Virus record (IMG/VR): IMGVR_UViG_3300037067_017580
Coordinates: 12,860-76,859 of that record
DNA length: 64,000 nucleotides
Source: a virus
Lineage: Duplodnaviria; Caudoviricetes
Reading direction: 5' to 3' (one strand)
How positions within the stretch are numbered: the first letter of the stretch is position 1; every line of letters starts with the position of its first letter. Under the pieces are notes generated by a model that searched no databases, was not told the origin of the DNA, and saw only the letters and a program-made list of their open reading frames with translations. Made by a program: the position numbers and the translations under genes. Below are positions 55,985 to 64,000 of this stretch, one piece after another.

Positions 55985-56439
55985 TAATTCTGTCTCTCTT
56001 TCTTTTTTATTATCTCTTCAATTGTGTTTGTAAACCATAAAATTTCCCGATCAATACCCTCAAGAGAAGTTGCTTTCGTTTGGGCTTCAACTACAGCATC
56101 CTGAATTTTTGTTAAAGGTTCTGATTCTGTAATAGCAGATTGATATCTTTCATCCTTATCATAAGAAGAGTAATTCATTGCAAGCGGCTTTGCCCGTTTC
56201 ATAAGTTCAATATTTAAATATCCATAACGGGCTTTCTCTTCGTTATATAACATTTTAAGGTAGATAGCATATTTGCGTAATTTAAACACTGTTTCTTGTA
56301 AATCTTCAATCCCTAATTCAAAAATACTTTTGAAATCTAAACTAAGAATACCTTTTATTTCTTCAATATCAGTATTAATACTAACTAAATGTTTGTCAAC
56401 CCAATCACGATATTCTTGCTTATTCACCTTTATCTCCAT
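55984..56439 (-). CDS. Helical protein, possibly a UvsY-like recombination mediator
   Basis: Coiled-coil composition; lies between recA and dnaB; ATG 56439 preferred. Confidence 0.4.
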   Translation of the reverse strand: MEIKVNKQEYRDWVDKHLVSINTDIEEIKGILSLDFKSIFELGIEDLQETVFKLRKYAIYLKMLYNEEKARYGYLNIELMKRAKPLAMNYSSYDKDERYQSAITESEPLTKIQDAVVEAQTKATSLEGIDREILWFTNTIEEIIKKKERQN

Positions 56440-56632
56440 CAAATTTAGGTATTTCTGTATAATAGTCAAAAGCTTCCACAGAAATGTCCCATCCAAAACA
56501 AGAAAAACAATCGCTGCCATATCCATTTCTAGTTAAACGACCAACAACAACTTGCAAATTGTCTTTATATCTTACAAGAACACTTTCTCCTTGTCTTGGG
56601 CTACTGTTCTCTATATCAATTTTTTTCCACAT
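56420..56632 (-). CDS. DUF551-like small phage protein
   Basis: MWKKI...P..GESVLV pattern. Confidence 0.5.
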   Translation of the reverse strand: MWKKIDIENSSPRQGESVLVRYKDNLQVVVGRLTRNGYGSDCFSCFGWDISVEAFDYYTEIPKFDGDKGE

Positions 56633-56633
56633 A

Positions 56634-57029
56634 TTAAATATCTTTGGCCTCCTCTATAGAATCAACAATAATAAGCTCAATCCCATTCAGATCACACCAG
56701 TTCTTCTTAATTATATCACGGTTTTTTTGTCTGTCAAATCCTTTCTGATCTTTATGAAAAAACTTTGAAAATTCATAGTGCTGCCGACCATTAACCTCTA
56801 TCGCCAAAGATCGTTGTGGAATAAAAAAATCAATCTTTAGACCACCAGAACCGGGAACCGTCCACTCTTCAAGAATAGTGCAAAACTTATATTTATTTCG
56901 TAAAATTTGTCCAACATCGTATTGAATTCCGCTTTTGCAAAATTCTTTTGGCCTAACTGGAAAATCGGAAATAGATAACGAAACTGTTACGCTATTTCCC
57001 TCTATGTCAAGCATTTTTGGCATAAACAA
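56634..57029 (-). CDS. Vsr/DUF559-like endonuclease
   Basis: IDFFIP..SLAIEVNGRQH...QK.RD..K..WC..NGIEL. Confidence 0.8.
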   Translation of the reverse strand: MFMPKMLDIEGNSVTVSLSISDFPVRPKEFCKSGIQYDVGQILRNKYKFCTILEEWTVPGSGGLKIDFFIPQRSLAIEVNGRQHYEFSKFFHKDQKGFDRQKNRDIIKKNWCDLNGIELIIVDSIEEAKDI

Positions 57030-58083
57030 TTTCCTCTGCTTTTGTCTTAATGCTATTAAAGAATTCAGGATTTTCTCTCATCATGGCAATAACTGCTTTT
57101 TGTCCCTGAACCTTTTCTTCTCCAATAGTATACCATCCTGCGCCACCCTTAGTAATAAGTCCAAATTGATCTGCAAGATTAAATAAATCTGTCATGTAAT
57201 CAAATCCATGACCATAAAGCAAGGGAACAGTAACTTTAATCTTAGGCTTGCCCATAATCGTTGTTTCTACACAAAATGTAACATTGTGTCCAATTTGCTC
57301 TCCGTTATCGTCAGTTATTTCTCGTTTATCTCCATCTTCTTTCGCCCATGGAAACCTAAGCCGGATAATTGTATCTGCGGCATATTGAATATATGTTCCA
57401 CCTGGATTTACAATCTTTGGAGCGCCATGTCCACCAATATTAAGAGCCTGTTTCTCGTGATTAATAAAAAGAACAGTAGCATTATGAACGACAAGAAGCG
57501 GCGTTATCTTTTTAAGACAAGTTTGTAAATATCTTGCAGTTTCTGCGACTTGTGCATCTCCAATATCTCCGTCGTTTTCTTTGACTCCAAGCAATGCTCC
57601 AATAGAATCAAAAATATGAAAAGACTCAGGAAAATCTTGAATATTAGATTCTAAAATTTGCAAATAATCAACAGATGTAAGAATTTTTTCTTCGGAAGAT
57701 TTAATTAGATAAATATTATCTCTGGTAAGACCATCAATGCTATTTAAAAGACTATCGCTTAGTCTATTTTCTACCATATAATAAAAAACTTTTGTGTTCG
57801 GAAACTGATTTTTTGCAAATTGAGCAATCTGTAATGCACATGTAGTTTTGCCAAGTTTTGGAATAGCACTCAAATGACAAGTCTGCCCTCTCAGTAGTCC
57901 TCCACCAAGAGCATAATCCCAAGACGGAAGAGTGCGAATAATTCCTCTATCTTTGTCCTTGTAAGAAGAAAGAGGGATGCAAAAAGACCCTCCAAACTTT
58001 TTATGTCCGCTCTTGACAACCTTATTAAGAGTTTTATCTCCTTCTTCGACAACTTCTTCATCTTCTTTTTGTTTTTTAGCCAT
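57007..58083 (-). CDS. recA: RecA/UvsX-like recombinase
   Basis: DYALGGGL, KLGKTT, FDSIGAL, FINH, PGG, G.WY, QG. Confidence 0.9.
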   Translation of the reverse strand: MAKKQKEDEEVVEEGDKTLNKVVKSGHKKFGGSFCIPLSSYKDKDRGIIRTLPSWDYALGGGLLRGQTCHLSAIPKLGKTTCALQIAQFAKNQFPNTKVFYYMVENRLSDSLLNSIDGLTRDNIYLIKSSEEKILTSVDYLQILESNIQDFPESFHIFDSIGALLGVKENDGDIGDAQVAETARYLQTCLKKITPLLVVHNATVLFINHEKQALNIGGHGAPKIVNPGGTYIQYAADTIIRLRFPWAKEDGDKREITDDNGEQIGHNVTFCVETTIMGKPKIKVTVPLLYGHGFDYMTDLFNLADQFGLITKGGAGWYTIGEEKVQGQKAVIAMMRENPEFFNSIKTKAEEIVYAKNA

Positions 58084-58666
58084 TAATATCTTCCTTTAAA
58101 TTAACCATTTTTAAACGTTTTTTTATAAATTCTTTATCAAGTTCATATAAAGCAGCAAGAGCAATCGTGTTATTTGAAATTATCCAATTTTGCATAAATT
58201 CTTTTGTCGGCATAAGAATAGTAAGAGCAAACCATTCTGCTTCTTCATCAGTTTTTCCATTATCGCTAATAGAAACTCTACTTTTTAATAGCGGAGAATG
58301 TAAAAAATAGTGTCCAAGACATTTTGCCAAAATTAAAAATGATTCACTATTGTCTTTTATTCTAAAATCTTCTGGAAGAATAATGTCAAAATCAGACTCA
58401 TTAACATCAAAATTATCATGGATAAACATTAAATAATCATAAACATTGTTTTTGCTTAATAAAATCTCTTGTGTTGAGACATAATGAACTCTTCCATTTA
58501 TTTCTTTGTTCTGCTCAATTATTCTTTTAATATCAAGTTCTTTGTCTTGCATATAGCATTCATTAAATTCATCGGCAAATTCCATAATTTCCATCATACT
58601 CCGGCCACAAGGCTCAATATCTATATAATCGTCTATGTTTAAACGCTTCAATTCTTCTAATCTCAT
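58076..58666 (-). CDS. ImmA/IrrE-like protein lacking HExxH
   Basis: ILAKCLGHYFLH in place of AHELGH; EAEWFA..ILMP. Confidence 0.7.
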   Translation of the reverse strand: MRLEELKRLNIDDYIDIEPCGRSMMEIMEFADEFNECYMQDKELDIKRIIEQNKEINGRVHYVSTQEILLSKNNVYDYLMFIHDNFDVNESDFDIILPEDFRIKDNSESFLILAKCLGHYFLHSPLLKSRVSISDNGKTDEEAEWFALTILMPTKEFMQNWIISNNTIALAALYELDKEFIKKRLKMVNLKEDING

Positions 58667-59157
58667 AACAAAACCCTCTTTTTTGACAAAACCTTTCTGA
58701 TCTCTCCTTCATCGGCCTCTTTTGTAAAGAAATTTGCTTCTGCAATAGCAGTTTTTTGCATTTCCTTCGACTTAATCATCATTGTTATTCTTTCTGCAAC
58801 CCGTGTATTCCAAACTTCCCATTTATATTTTAAATAATTGGTTATTCTGGCATAGTCAACATCAAGCTTCTTCGCATATACACAACAGTTAATAATAAAA
58901 TGTTCAGGATAAACTTTCATCATTTTTCCAAAACACTGACACCCTTCTACAAATTCCTGCTTATATCTTTCTTCACATGCTACTTTTGTTCTCCAAAAAA
59001 ACGGAGGCAAAAGATAGTCATTCGCAATAGCATGTCTATATGTTACTATCTCTGCTGCGAAAGCATTTGCGGCATGACCAGAAAATGTTTCATCAGCCGC
59101 TGTTGTCAAAGAATTATACTTTACCTTTGTATCTTTGTCAACCTCTTTTTTACTCAT
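58663..59157 (-). CDS. Hypothetical phage protein
   Basis: Tiling ORF; LPPFFWR. Confidence 0.6.
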   Translation of the reverse strand: MSKKEVDKDTKVKYNSLTTAADETFSGHAANAFAAEIVTYRHAIANDYLLPPFFWRTKVACEERYKQEFVEGCQCFGKMMKVYPEHFIINCCVYAKKLDVDYARITNYLKYKWEVWNTRVAERITMMIKSKEMQKTAIAEANFFTKEADEGEIRKVLSKKRVLL

Positions 59158-59786
59158 TTTTCTGATTCTTTTTCCAGAATATCAACATTTTCGTCCAAAA
59201 GATTAAAACACTCGATAAAAAGAGCATAAATATAATTATACGAATCTTTTCTCTCGTTTATAAACTGCGCATAAATTTTTTCACTCTTTTGGATTTCTTT
59301 TTGTTTTTCATCTTCATTCATCTCATTCTTGCGAGAATCAATCAAATTATTACATGTTTTTGCAATATATTTTAAATACTGACTAGAAGTATCTTCGTAG
59401 CAAAAAATCATTCTCTGGAAAAGAGAAAACCTAAACATCATATTTGCGCGATATGTTTTAATGTCACATGTTTCATTTTGGGCCTCTATACAAAGATTTA
59501 CTTCTTCGTCGAAATAGTCTAAAATAGCCTGAAATTCGTTTCGCGTCTTTTCAAAGCTTAACGAATCATTTAGTTTGTTTTTTACTGAATAATTAATAAA
59601 AGACAAATACGATATTTGCTCATTTTGAATAAAGTCTAATAAACCAACTAAAATTTTATTATTACTTTTAATTAGTTGATCTACTCTACAAATTGCAGAT
59701 TGTTCATTCTCTGATATTTCACTAGACCATAAAAATGAAAAACATGAAAATAAGCAAATAGCAAAAATAATAAATAACTTAAACAT
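59154..59786 (-). CDS. Hypothetical secreted/membrane-anchored helical protein
   Basis: Signal-like MFKLFIIFAICLFSCFSFLWS; AGGAG RBS. Confidence 0.6.
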   Translation of the reverse strand: MFKLFIIFAICLFSCFSFLWSSEISENEQSAICRVDQLIKSNNKILVGLLDFIQNEQISYLSFINYSVKNKLNDSLSFEKTRNEFQAILDYFDEEVNLCIEAQNETCDIKTYRANMMFRFSLFQRMIFCYEDTSSQYLKYIAKTCNNLIDSRKNEMNEDEKQKEIQKSEKIYAQFINERKDSYNYIYALFIECFNLLDENVDILEKESEK

Positions 59787-60048
59787 AAAATTCTCCTATT
59801 AAAAAAACGCAACTTTTCAAAAAAAATACGAACTTTCCAGTGAAATTATCCATACAATATACATTAAATTAATTGGTTTTTGCAAAGCAGAAAGCAGTTA
59901 ATTTAATATCCTTATTTTATCATAAGTTCATTGATACAAAGAACTTATAGTTTACTTCAATTAGCTTTACTCTGGCTCTTTTTGTTCAGAGGAAAGATAA
60001 TTGAACACATCTTCTGTTCTTAACCTCTCTTAAAAGATTATACTATAT

Positions 60049-60098
60049 TTGCCCGGGAAATCAAGAACATTTTTTAAAAAAGATAAAATACCGGGCAA
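60049..60098. repeat. Inverted repeat TTGCCCGG / CCGGGCAA, 34-nt AT-rich spacer
   Basis: Direct reading. Confidence 0.65.
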
Positions 60099-60134
60099 GC
60101 TCTATTTTTTTCTGTATTTTTTATAGTAATATAA

Positions 60135-60170
60135 AATATATCTGTAAGTATAATTACTTACAGATATATT
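60135..60170. repeat. Perfect 16-bp inverted repeat with 4-nt loop
   Basis: AATATATCTGTAAGTA-TAAT-TACTTACAGATATATT. Confidence 0.9.
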
Positions 60171-60179
60171 AACATTAAT

Positions 60180-60231
60180 TTTCTCTTTGTTGTTTCTCTT
60201 TATCTTACTTTCTCTTTATTATTTCTCTTTA
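60180..60231 (+). repeat. Four TTTCTCTTT(A/G) direct repeats (iteron-like)
   Basis: Starts at 60180, 60193, 60209, 60222. Confidence 0.8.
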
Positions 60232-60577
60232 TTCGTAAAAAAGTTATTTAAAACACTTGTTTTAAACTGTTGTTTAAATAGTATATATTTTAATCTTGTT
60301 ATCGTTTTAGATAAAGATATGGTTGCAGACATTAGTTAGGCATGGCCTAAAAAACGGATTTGGCTGGCGTGGTTAAATTCTTTTTGCTTTATGGTACATA
60401 TTCTTGGTATGTAAGTTTTGAATTGAAATTCAAACGATTAAATAGAAAAACATAAAAAATATAAAATTGGCTTTAAAAACAAAAAAACCACGTGCAAACG
60501 GGGTTAATAATAACAAAAATGTAGTTTTGATAATGAATAGATACGACTCCGCTTTTCCCCCTGCATAATACAAGTAA

Positions 60578-60612
60578 TATATATATTAGTATCTAGGTAT
60601 ATATATTAGTAT
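60578..60612 (+). repeat. Two TATATATATTAGTAT direct repeats, 20-nt period
   Basis: Starts at 60578 and 60598. Confidence 0.7.
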
Positions 60613-61097
60613 TAAAAACAGAAGCATAGAAAGCTTGTTTGTTAAATAGGGTAAGACAACTTTTTCTTGTCTAACAAGCTTCACCAGCCCGAAGTGTATA
60701 TTTCCCCTTACGTTTTCTTAATCGTTATAGAATCAAAAAAAACAAGAACAAAATAAGTTCAAACGAGATATCGGTAGGCTTGTTGTGTTTTTTATTGTCT
60801 GTCTACGAAACAGACGCCTATTCTCTCCTCATTTTGCCAATCTCATCTTTTTTGATACGAACAAGATACTAGCAACGATCTAATTTTTATCCCGCCAATC
60901 CGAAAGCGGTATTCACAAGAAGTTTTTGTATTTCGATTATTTCATATGCAGGTCTGGGTCGTTAGCGGTGAACGGTAGCCCAAGTTTTCTCTTCTTGCTT
61001 CTCTTCGAGTATGGTTTTTTTGAAATAATGTAAATAGTTTCTTTTTGGTCAAGCCGTTTTCCTATTTTCCAGTAGAAACTAATCAACTGGTTAGTCT

Positions 61098-61125
61098 ATT
61101 ATACACAAGTTTTTTGCTAAATCAA
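61098..61125 (-). promoter_or_regulatory. Sigma70-like promoter TTGATT-N16-TATAAT firing into the non-coding region
   Basis: Reverse-strand reading; back-to-back with the 61156 promoter. Confidence 0.6.
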
Positions 61126-61155
61126 ACTATTTTTAATATTTTTTGAAAAAAGTTA

Positions 61156-61183
61156 TTGACTTTTCTCTTATTTCATGTATAAT
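61156..61183 (+). promoter_or_regulatory. Sigma70 promoter TTGACT-N16-TATAAT
   Basis: 18 nt upstream of ATG 61202. Confidence 0.75.
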
Positions 61184-61201
61184 ACATAAATAAACCCTAA
61201 T

Positions 61202-61741
61202 ATGGAGATATATATGTTAAAGAAAATATGCTGGAAAGACACTTCTCAGGAGTTGGTTGTTAGAGGAGAGACTTTTCAAGAGATGGCTACTAGAAAAAAA
61301 ATTGAAAAACTTGAAAGAAAAGCAGAAATTCTTGAAAAAAGAAGACTTAAAGAACAAAGAAGAGCTAAATTTTATAAAGAAAAAGCAGAAAGACTAACTA
61401 AAAAGAATAGAAAAATAAGATATAAACAAAAAGAAAAACCATCATGGTATCCACCAGAATGGGTATTTAAGAAAGTAAAACAGTTTCAGTATTGGTTTTG
61501 TGAAGGAAATAACTTAGATTATTGTATAATCTTTCCAGACAATAGATTTTTATACGCTAATTCAAACTCTGCAATACCTGAAAATGAAATTCAGTTTGGA
61601 GAAATATTTACACAAAAATTAAATTTTCATAAAAATGAAGACAAAAAATTATGTTCAGAACTAGGTATCAGGGTGTCTTTTTGGCAACTTCCTTCTTTTT
61701 TAAAAGAAATTATTTTTGAAGAAATAGGATATAAAAAATAG
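61202..61741 (+). CDS. Hypothetical basic protein (solitary + strand gene)
   Basis: Own promoter and terminator; Lys/Arg-rich N-terminal half. Confidence 0.65.
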   Translation: MEIYMLKKICWKDTSQELVVRGETFQEMATRKKIEKLERKAEILEKRRLKEQRRAKFYKEKAERLTKKNRKIRYKQKEKPSWYPPEWVFKKVKQFQYWFCEGNNLDYCIIFPDNRFLYANSNSAIPENEIQFGEIFTQKLNFHKNEDKKLCSELGIRVSFWQLPSFLKEIIFEEIGYKK

Positions 61742-61798
61742 TGTATATATTTATGCTTCAATATGCCAGTTTAAAAACTTTAGAGTATATTGATGTTG

Positions 61799-61822
61799 AC
61801 CTCGCCTTTGAGCGAGGTTTTT
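61799..61822 (+). terminator. Intrinsic terminator
   Basis: ACCTCGC-CTTTGA-GCGAGGT followed by T-run. Confidence 0.85.
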
Positions 61823-62252
61823 AATTTTGAATAATAAGACCAATATTCTTTTCTTCTATCTGAAATATCTTTTCTCTTAAGTGTATTCCTGAAAAATCTG
61901 CTCCGGTTAGATAACTCAAATCATTACCTGTTGCGATTGAGAATGATTGCATTTCTAAACAATTATTTATATTTCTTGTATTAAAATACAAAAGACAAGA
62001 ATTATCACCATTGTGAACAACAGAATCTATAACATTTGCATTTCCTTTATTTATCTTATTCATAAAATATAAATATTTGCCACAATTATAAAATTTGTTA
62101 AATCCATCAAGAGATATTTTTATTTTTTCTGCTTTTTTACTATTATTTAATATTTCTAATTTTAGCCTTTTCCACCAACTAGGAGAATTGTTGTCTTTGC
62201 TAAAGGTTGATCCATCAGAAAAAACAATATCAATTTTTGGATAATCTGACAT
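61821..62252 (-). CDS. Hypothetical protein
   Basis: AAGGAG RBS. Confidence 0.6.
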   Translation of the reverse strand: MSDYPKIDIVFSDGSTFSKDNNSPSWWKRLKLEILNNSKKAEKIKISLDGFNKFYNCGKYLYFMNKINKGNANVIDSVVHNGDNSCLLYFNTRNINNCLEMQSFSIATGNDLSYLTGADFSGIHLREKIFQIEEKNIGLIIQN

Positions 62253-62269
62253 TTTTATTCTCCTTTATG

Positions 62270-62297
62270 AAAAACCCTGCCCGAAATGTCGGCAGGG
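62270..62297 (-). terminator. Intrinsic terminator
   Basis: CCCTGCC/GGCAGGG stem with T-run on the - strand, after 62341..62967. Confidence 0.85.
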
Positions 62298-62340
62298 CTA
62301 TATTTATTATATGTTTTTTAAACATAATTTCTAATTAAAT

Positions 62341-62967
62341 CTAAAGATATTCCATAGAGAACATAATTTTACCAGTTTTAGAACCAACTGTTTCCGGGCT
62401 TGAAGATAGTGCCACATACCAATCATGTTGTGCTGATTCACCAGTATCTCCACTCCCACTATAAAGTCCGCCGCTACCGGGAGAATCACTCAATTCGAGA
62501 TAGCTTGATGTTCCACTAAGACCAACCCAAGTATCATCTCCGTATCCGGTTTCTCCTCCAAATGCTGTTCCGGTATTACATACTTCAAAAGCATAAATAT
62601 CAACACCAGAAGGTCTATTCGCGGTAGAAACACCATCATAGGCAACAATTTGAGCATTTTGGACAGAAACAGCCTCGTCATAAACGAACCGAACGTGTAT
62701 AGTTGCCTTATCATTTGGAATATCTTGTAACTCTCTGATTACGGTATCTCTATTTACTTCAACGCCAGTATCTAAAATATACTTACAATTATCAATTGCG
62801 GCACCTTGGACTGTCCCATTTGTGTCTGTTATATATGTGGTATCTTGGTGTTCTCCAACCCTAACAGAGTATCCAAATCCTCCATTTCCAAAGAAACCAA
62901 GCCCAGAGTTTGCGGTGTGATAAATTGGATATTCTTCTCCACCAAAAAAGCTTACAACTGCTACCAT
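62341..62967 (-). CDS. Probable virion structural protein
   Basis: Gly/Ser/Thr-rich, acidic, beta-strand pattern; AGGAG RBS; own terminator. Confidence 0.5.
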   Translation of the reverse strand: MVAVVSFFGGEEYPIYHTANSGLGFFGNGGFGYSVRVGEHQDTTYITDTNGTVQGAAIDNCKYILDTGVEVNRDTVIRELQDIPNDKATIHVRFVYDEAVSVQNAQIVAYDGVSTANRPSGVDIYAFEVCNTGTAFGGETGYGDDTWVGLSGTSSYLELSDSPGSGGLYSGSGDTGESAQHDWYVALSSSPETVGSKTGKIMFSMEYL

Positions 62968-63022
62968 ATTTATCTCCTATTTTATTAAATAAAGGTTCTT
63001 TTTAAGTAAATATACACCATTT

Positions 63023-63982
63023 TTATGTTGTTCCGGTCATAATAAATGTTATTATTCCACTTTGTTCTGGAGAATATAGATTATATTCGATAGGTACTAC
63101 TCCATAATATCCAGCTTGGTATATGTCTAAATTATTTTCTTCTAAGCCAATGACATTTGACAAAGTGGATCCACGAGAGTAAAAATCTAATAATTCTTCT
63201 GAATTTTTTAATTCTTTGCTATTGACCCAAAAAGATATTTCTCCAAACGAATAGCCTAATTCTGTGGCGATATATAAAGAGATATTTCCGCTTGTACCAA
63301 TTTCTCCCATACAATCAGAATAAATAGAAAAACTTTCATTTAATTGATTTTCGCCACTGTCAAGAACATAGATATTGAATGGCATATTACCAGAAACGCC
63401 AACATATTCTCCGCTATCTTCCCTTGCTTTTATATAAAAAGATATGTCGACAAAGCCATTTTGATAATATGAAAATTCTCCAGATTCACTAAGTATTGAT
63501 AATTCATAGAATGGAAGGATTCCACTTGTATCATTAAGCCCTCTTTGATATAATGATAAATATTCATCTTTTGAATCTGTAGAATATTGGTAAATGCTAA
63601 AAATACCGCTTGGGCTTTCATATCCGCTTTGATAAAATGGCAAAATACCTGATTCTGTACTTGCTCGGGTATAAAAAGAAAAATCTTCTAAAAACGATCC
63701 TCTTGTCATTTCGTATATTGTTATATATCCGCTTTCTGTTATCCCTCCTCTTTCATATATACTTATATTGTTTATTTCAGAACCAAGTCCATATATATAT
63801 GTGTTTAGATTGTTTTCGGTCAAAATTGGCCCAGAAATATAAAATGGAAAATTACCAGAAGTATAAATACCAGTAGCTTCTATTGCATTCATATAAAATG
63901 TGATATCTACAAATCCATTTTGATAAATACTAATTTCTTGTCCGGAACCAATAGGATATTCTCCAAAAGAACAAAAAGACAT
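63023..63982 (-). CDS. Repetitive acidic protein, probably virion-associated
   Basis: Recurring SG-x-hydrophobic-x-(F/I)Y units; duplicated YQNGFVDI(T/S)FY; almost no Lys. Confidence 0.55.
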   Translation of the reverse strand: MSFCSFGEYPIGSGQEISIYQNGFVDITFYMNAIEATGIYTSGNFPFYISGPILTENNLNTYIYGLGSEINNISIYERGGITESGYITIYEMTRGSFLEDFSFYTRASTESGILPFYQSGYESPSGIFSIYQYSTDSKDEYLSLYQRGLNDTSGILPFYELSILSESGEFSYYQNGFVDISFYIKAREDSGEYVGVSGNMPFNIYVLDSGENQLNESFSIYSDCMGEIGTSGNISLYIATELGYSFGEISFWVNSKELKNSEELLDFYSRGSTLSNVIGLEENNLDIYQAGYYGVVPIEYNLYSPEQSGIITFIMTGTT

Positions 63983-64000
63983 AAATTGTTCTTCAAAATT

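Larger units (their letters stand above)
59787..61201. other. 1.4 kb non-coding control region (candidate origin or genome-end region)
   Basis: No ORF of 60 aa or more; repeats, palindromes, divergent promoters. Confidence 0.6.

Noticed and set aside
47214-58083. Inteins in DnaE, DnaB or RecA
   Set aside because: No Cys/Ser-start and His-Asn-end splice blocks or LAGLIDADG motifs; DnaB and RecA are of normal length
1-64000. CRISPR array
   Set aside because: No 23-47 nt repeats with regular unique spacers seen; repeats at 60180-60231 are 10 nt with 3-6 nt gaps
1-64000. Stop-codon reassignment as in some large phages
   Set aside because: Conserved genes are full length in the standard code, and TAA, TAG and TGA all end genes at plausible positions

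Overview
This is a 64 kb segment of a large, AT-rich (roughly 30% GC by eye, not computed) dsDNA bacteriophage genome, probably a jumbo-type phage. Evidence: dense co-oriented small ORFs, sigma70-type promoters, AGGAG RBSs, standard genetic code, frequent TTG starts, and bacterial-type DnaE/DnaB/DnaG/RecA. Layout: (1) a + strand accessory block at 1-15,042 with RNA ligase, phosphoesterase, radical SAM, an IS607-like TnpA cassette carrying an MT-A70 methyltransferase and no TnpB, a RuvB-like ATPase, a GDP-fucose synthase-like enzyme and a nucleotidyltransferase; (2) a long - strand block at 15,039-59,786 with a sigma factor, two tRNAs, nucleotide metabolism, a dispersed glycan system (Gmd, Fcl-like, ColD-like dehydratase, epimerase, GT11, GT6, GT7-like, five GT4-like enzymes) and replication/recombination genes (SSB, split DnaE, primase, DnaB, RecA, nucleases); (3) a 1.4 kb non-coding region with repeats, palindromes and divergent promoters; (4) probable virion genes at the right end. 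Main leads: the GT7+GT11+GT6+Gmd/Fcl set matches the enzyme families that build ABO-type glycans; two genes end in short in-frame copies of conserved motifs from replication genes (DnaB Walker A on Fcl, a primase motif on DnaB); an intein-less split DnaE; a tRNA-Gly with a compensated A19-U56 pair; and several apparently catalytically dead enzyme homologs. All functional calls come from motif recognition by eye, with no database search.
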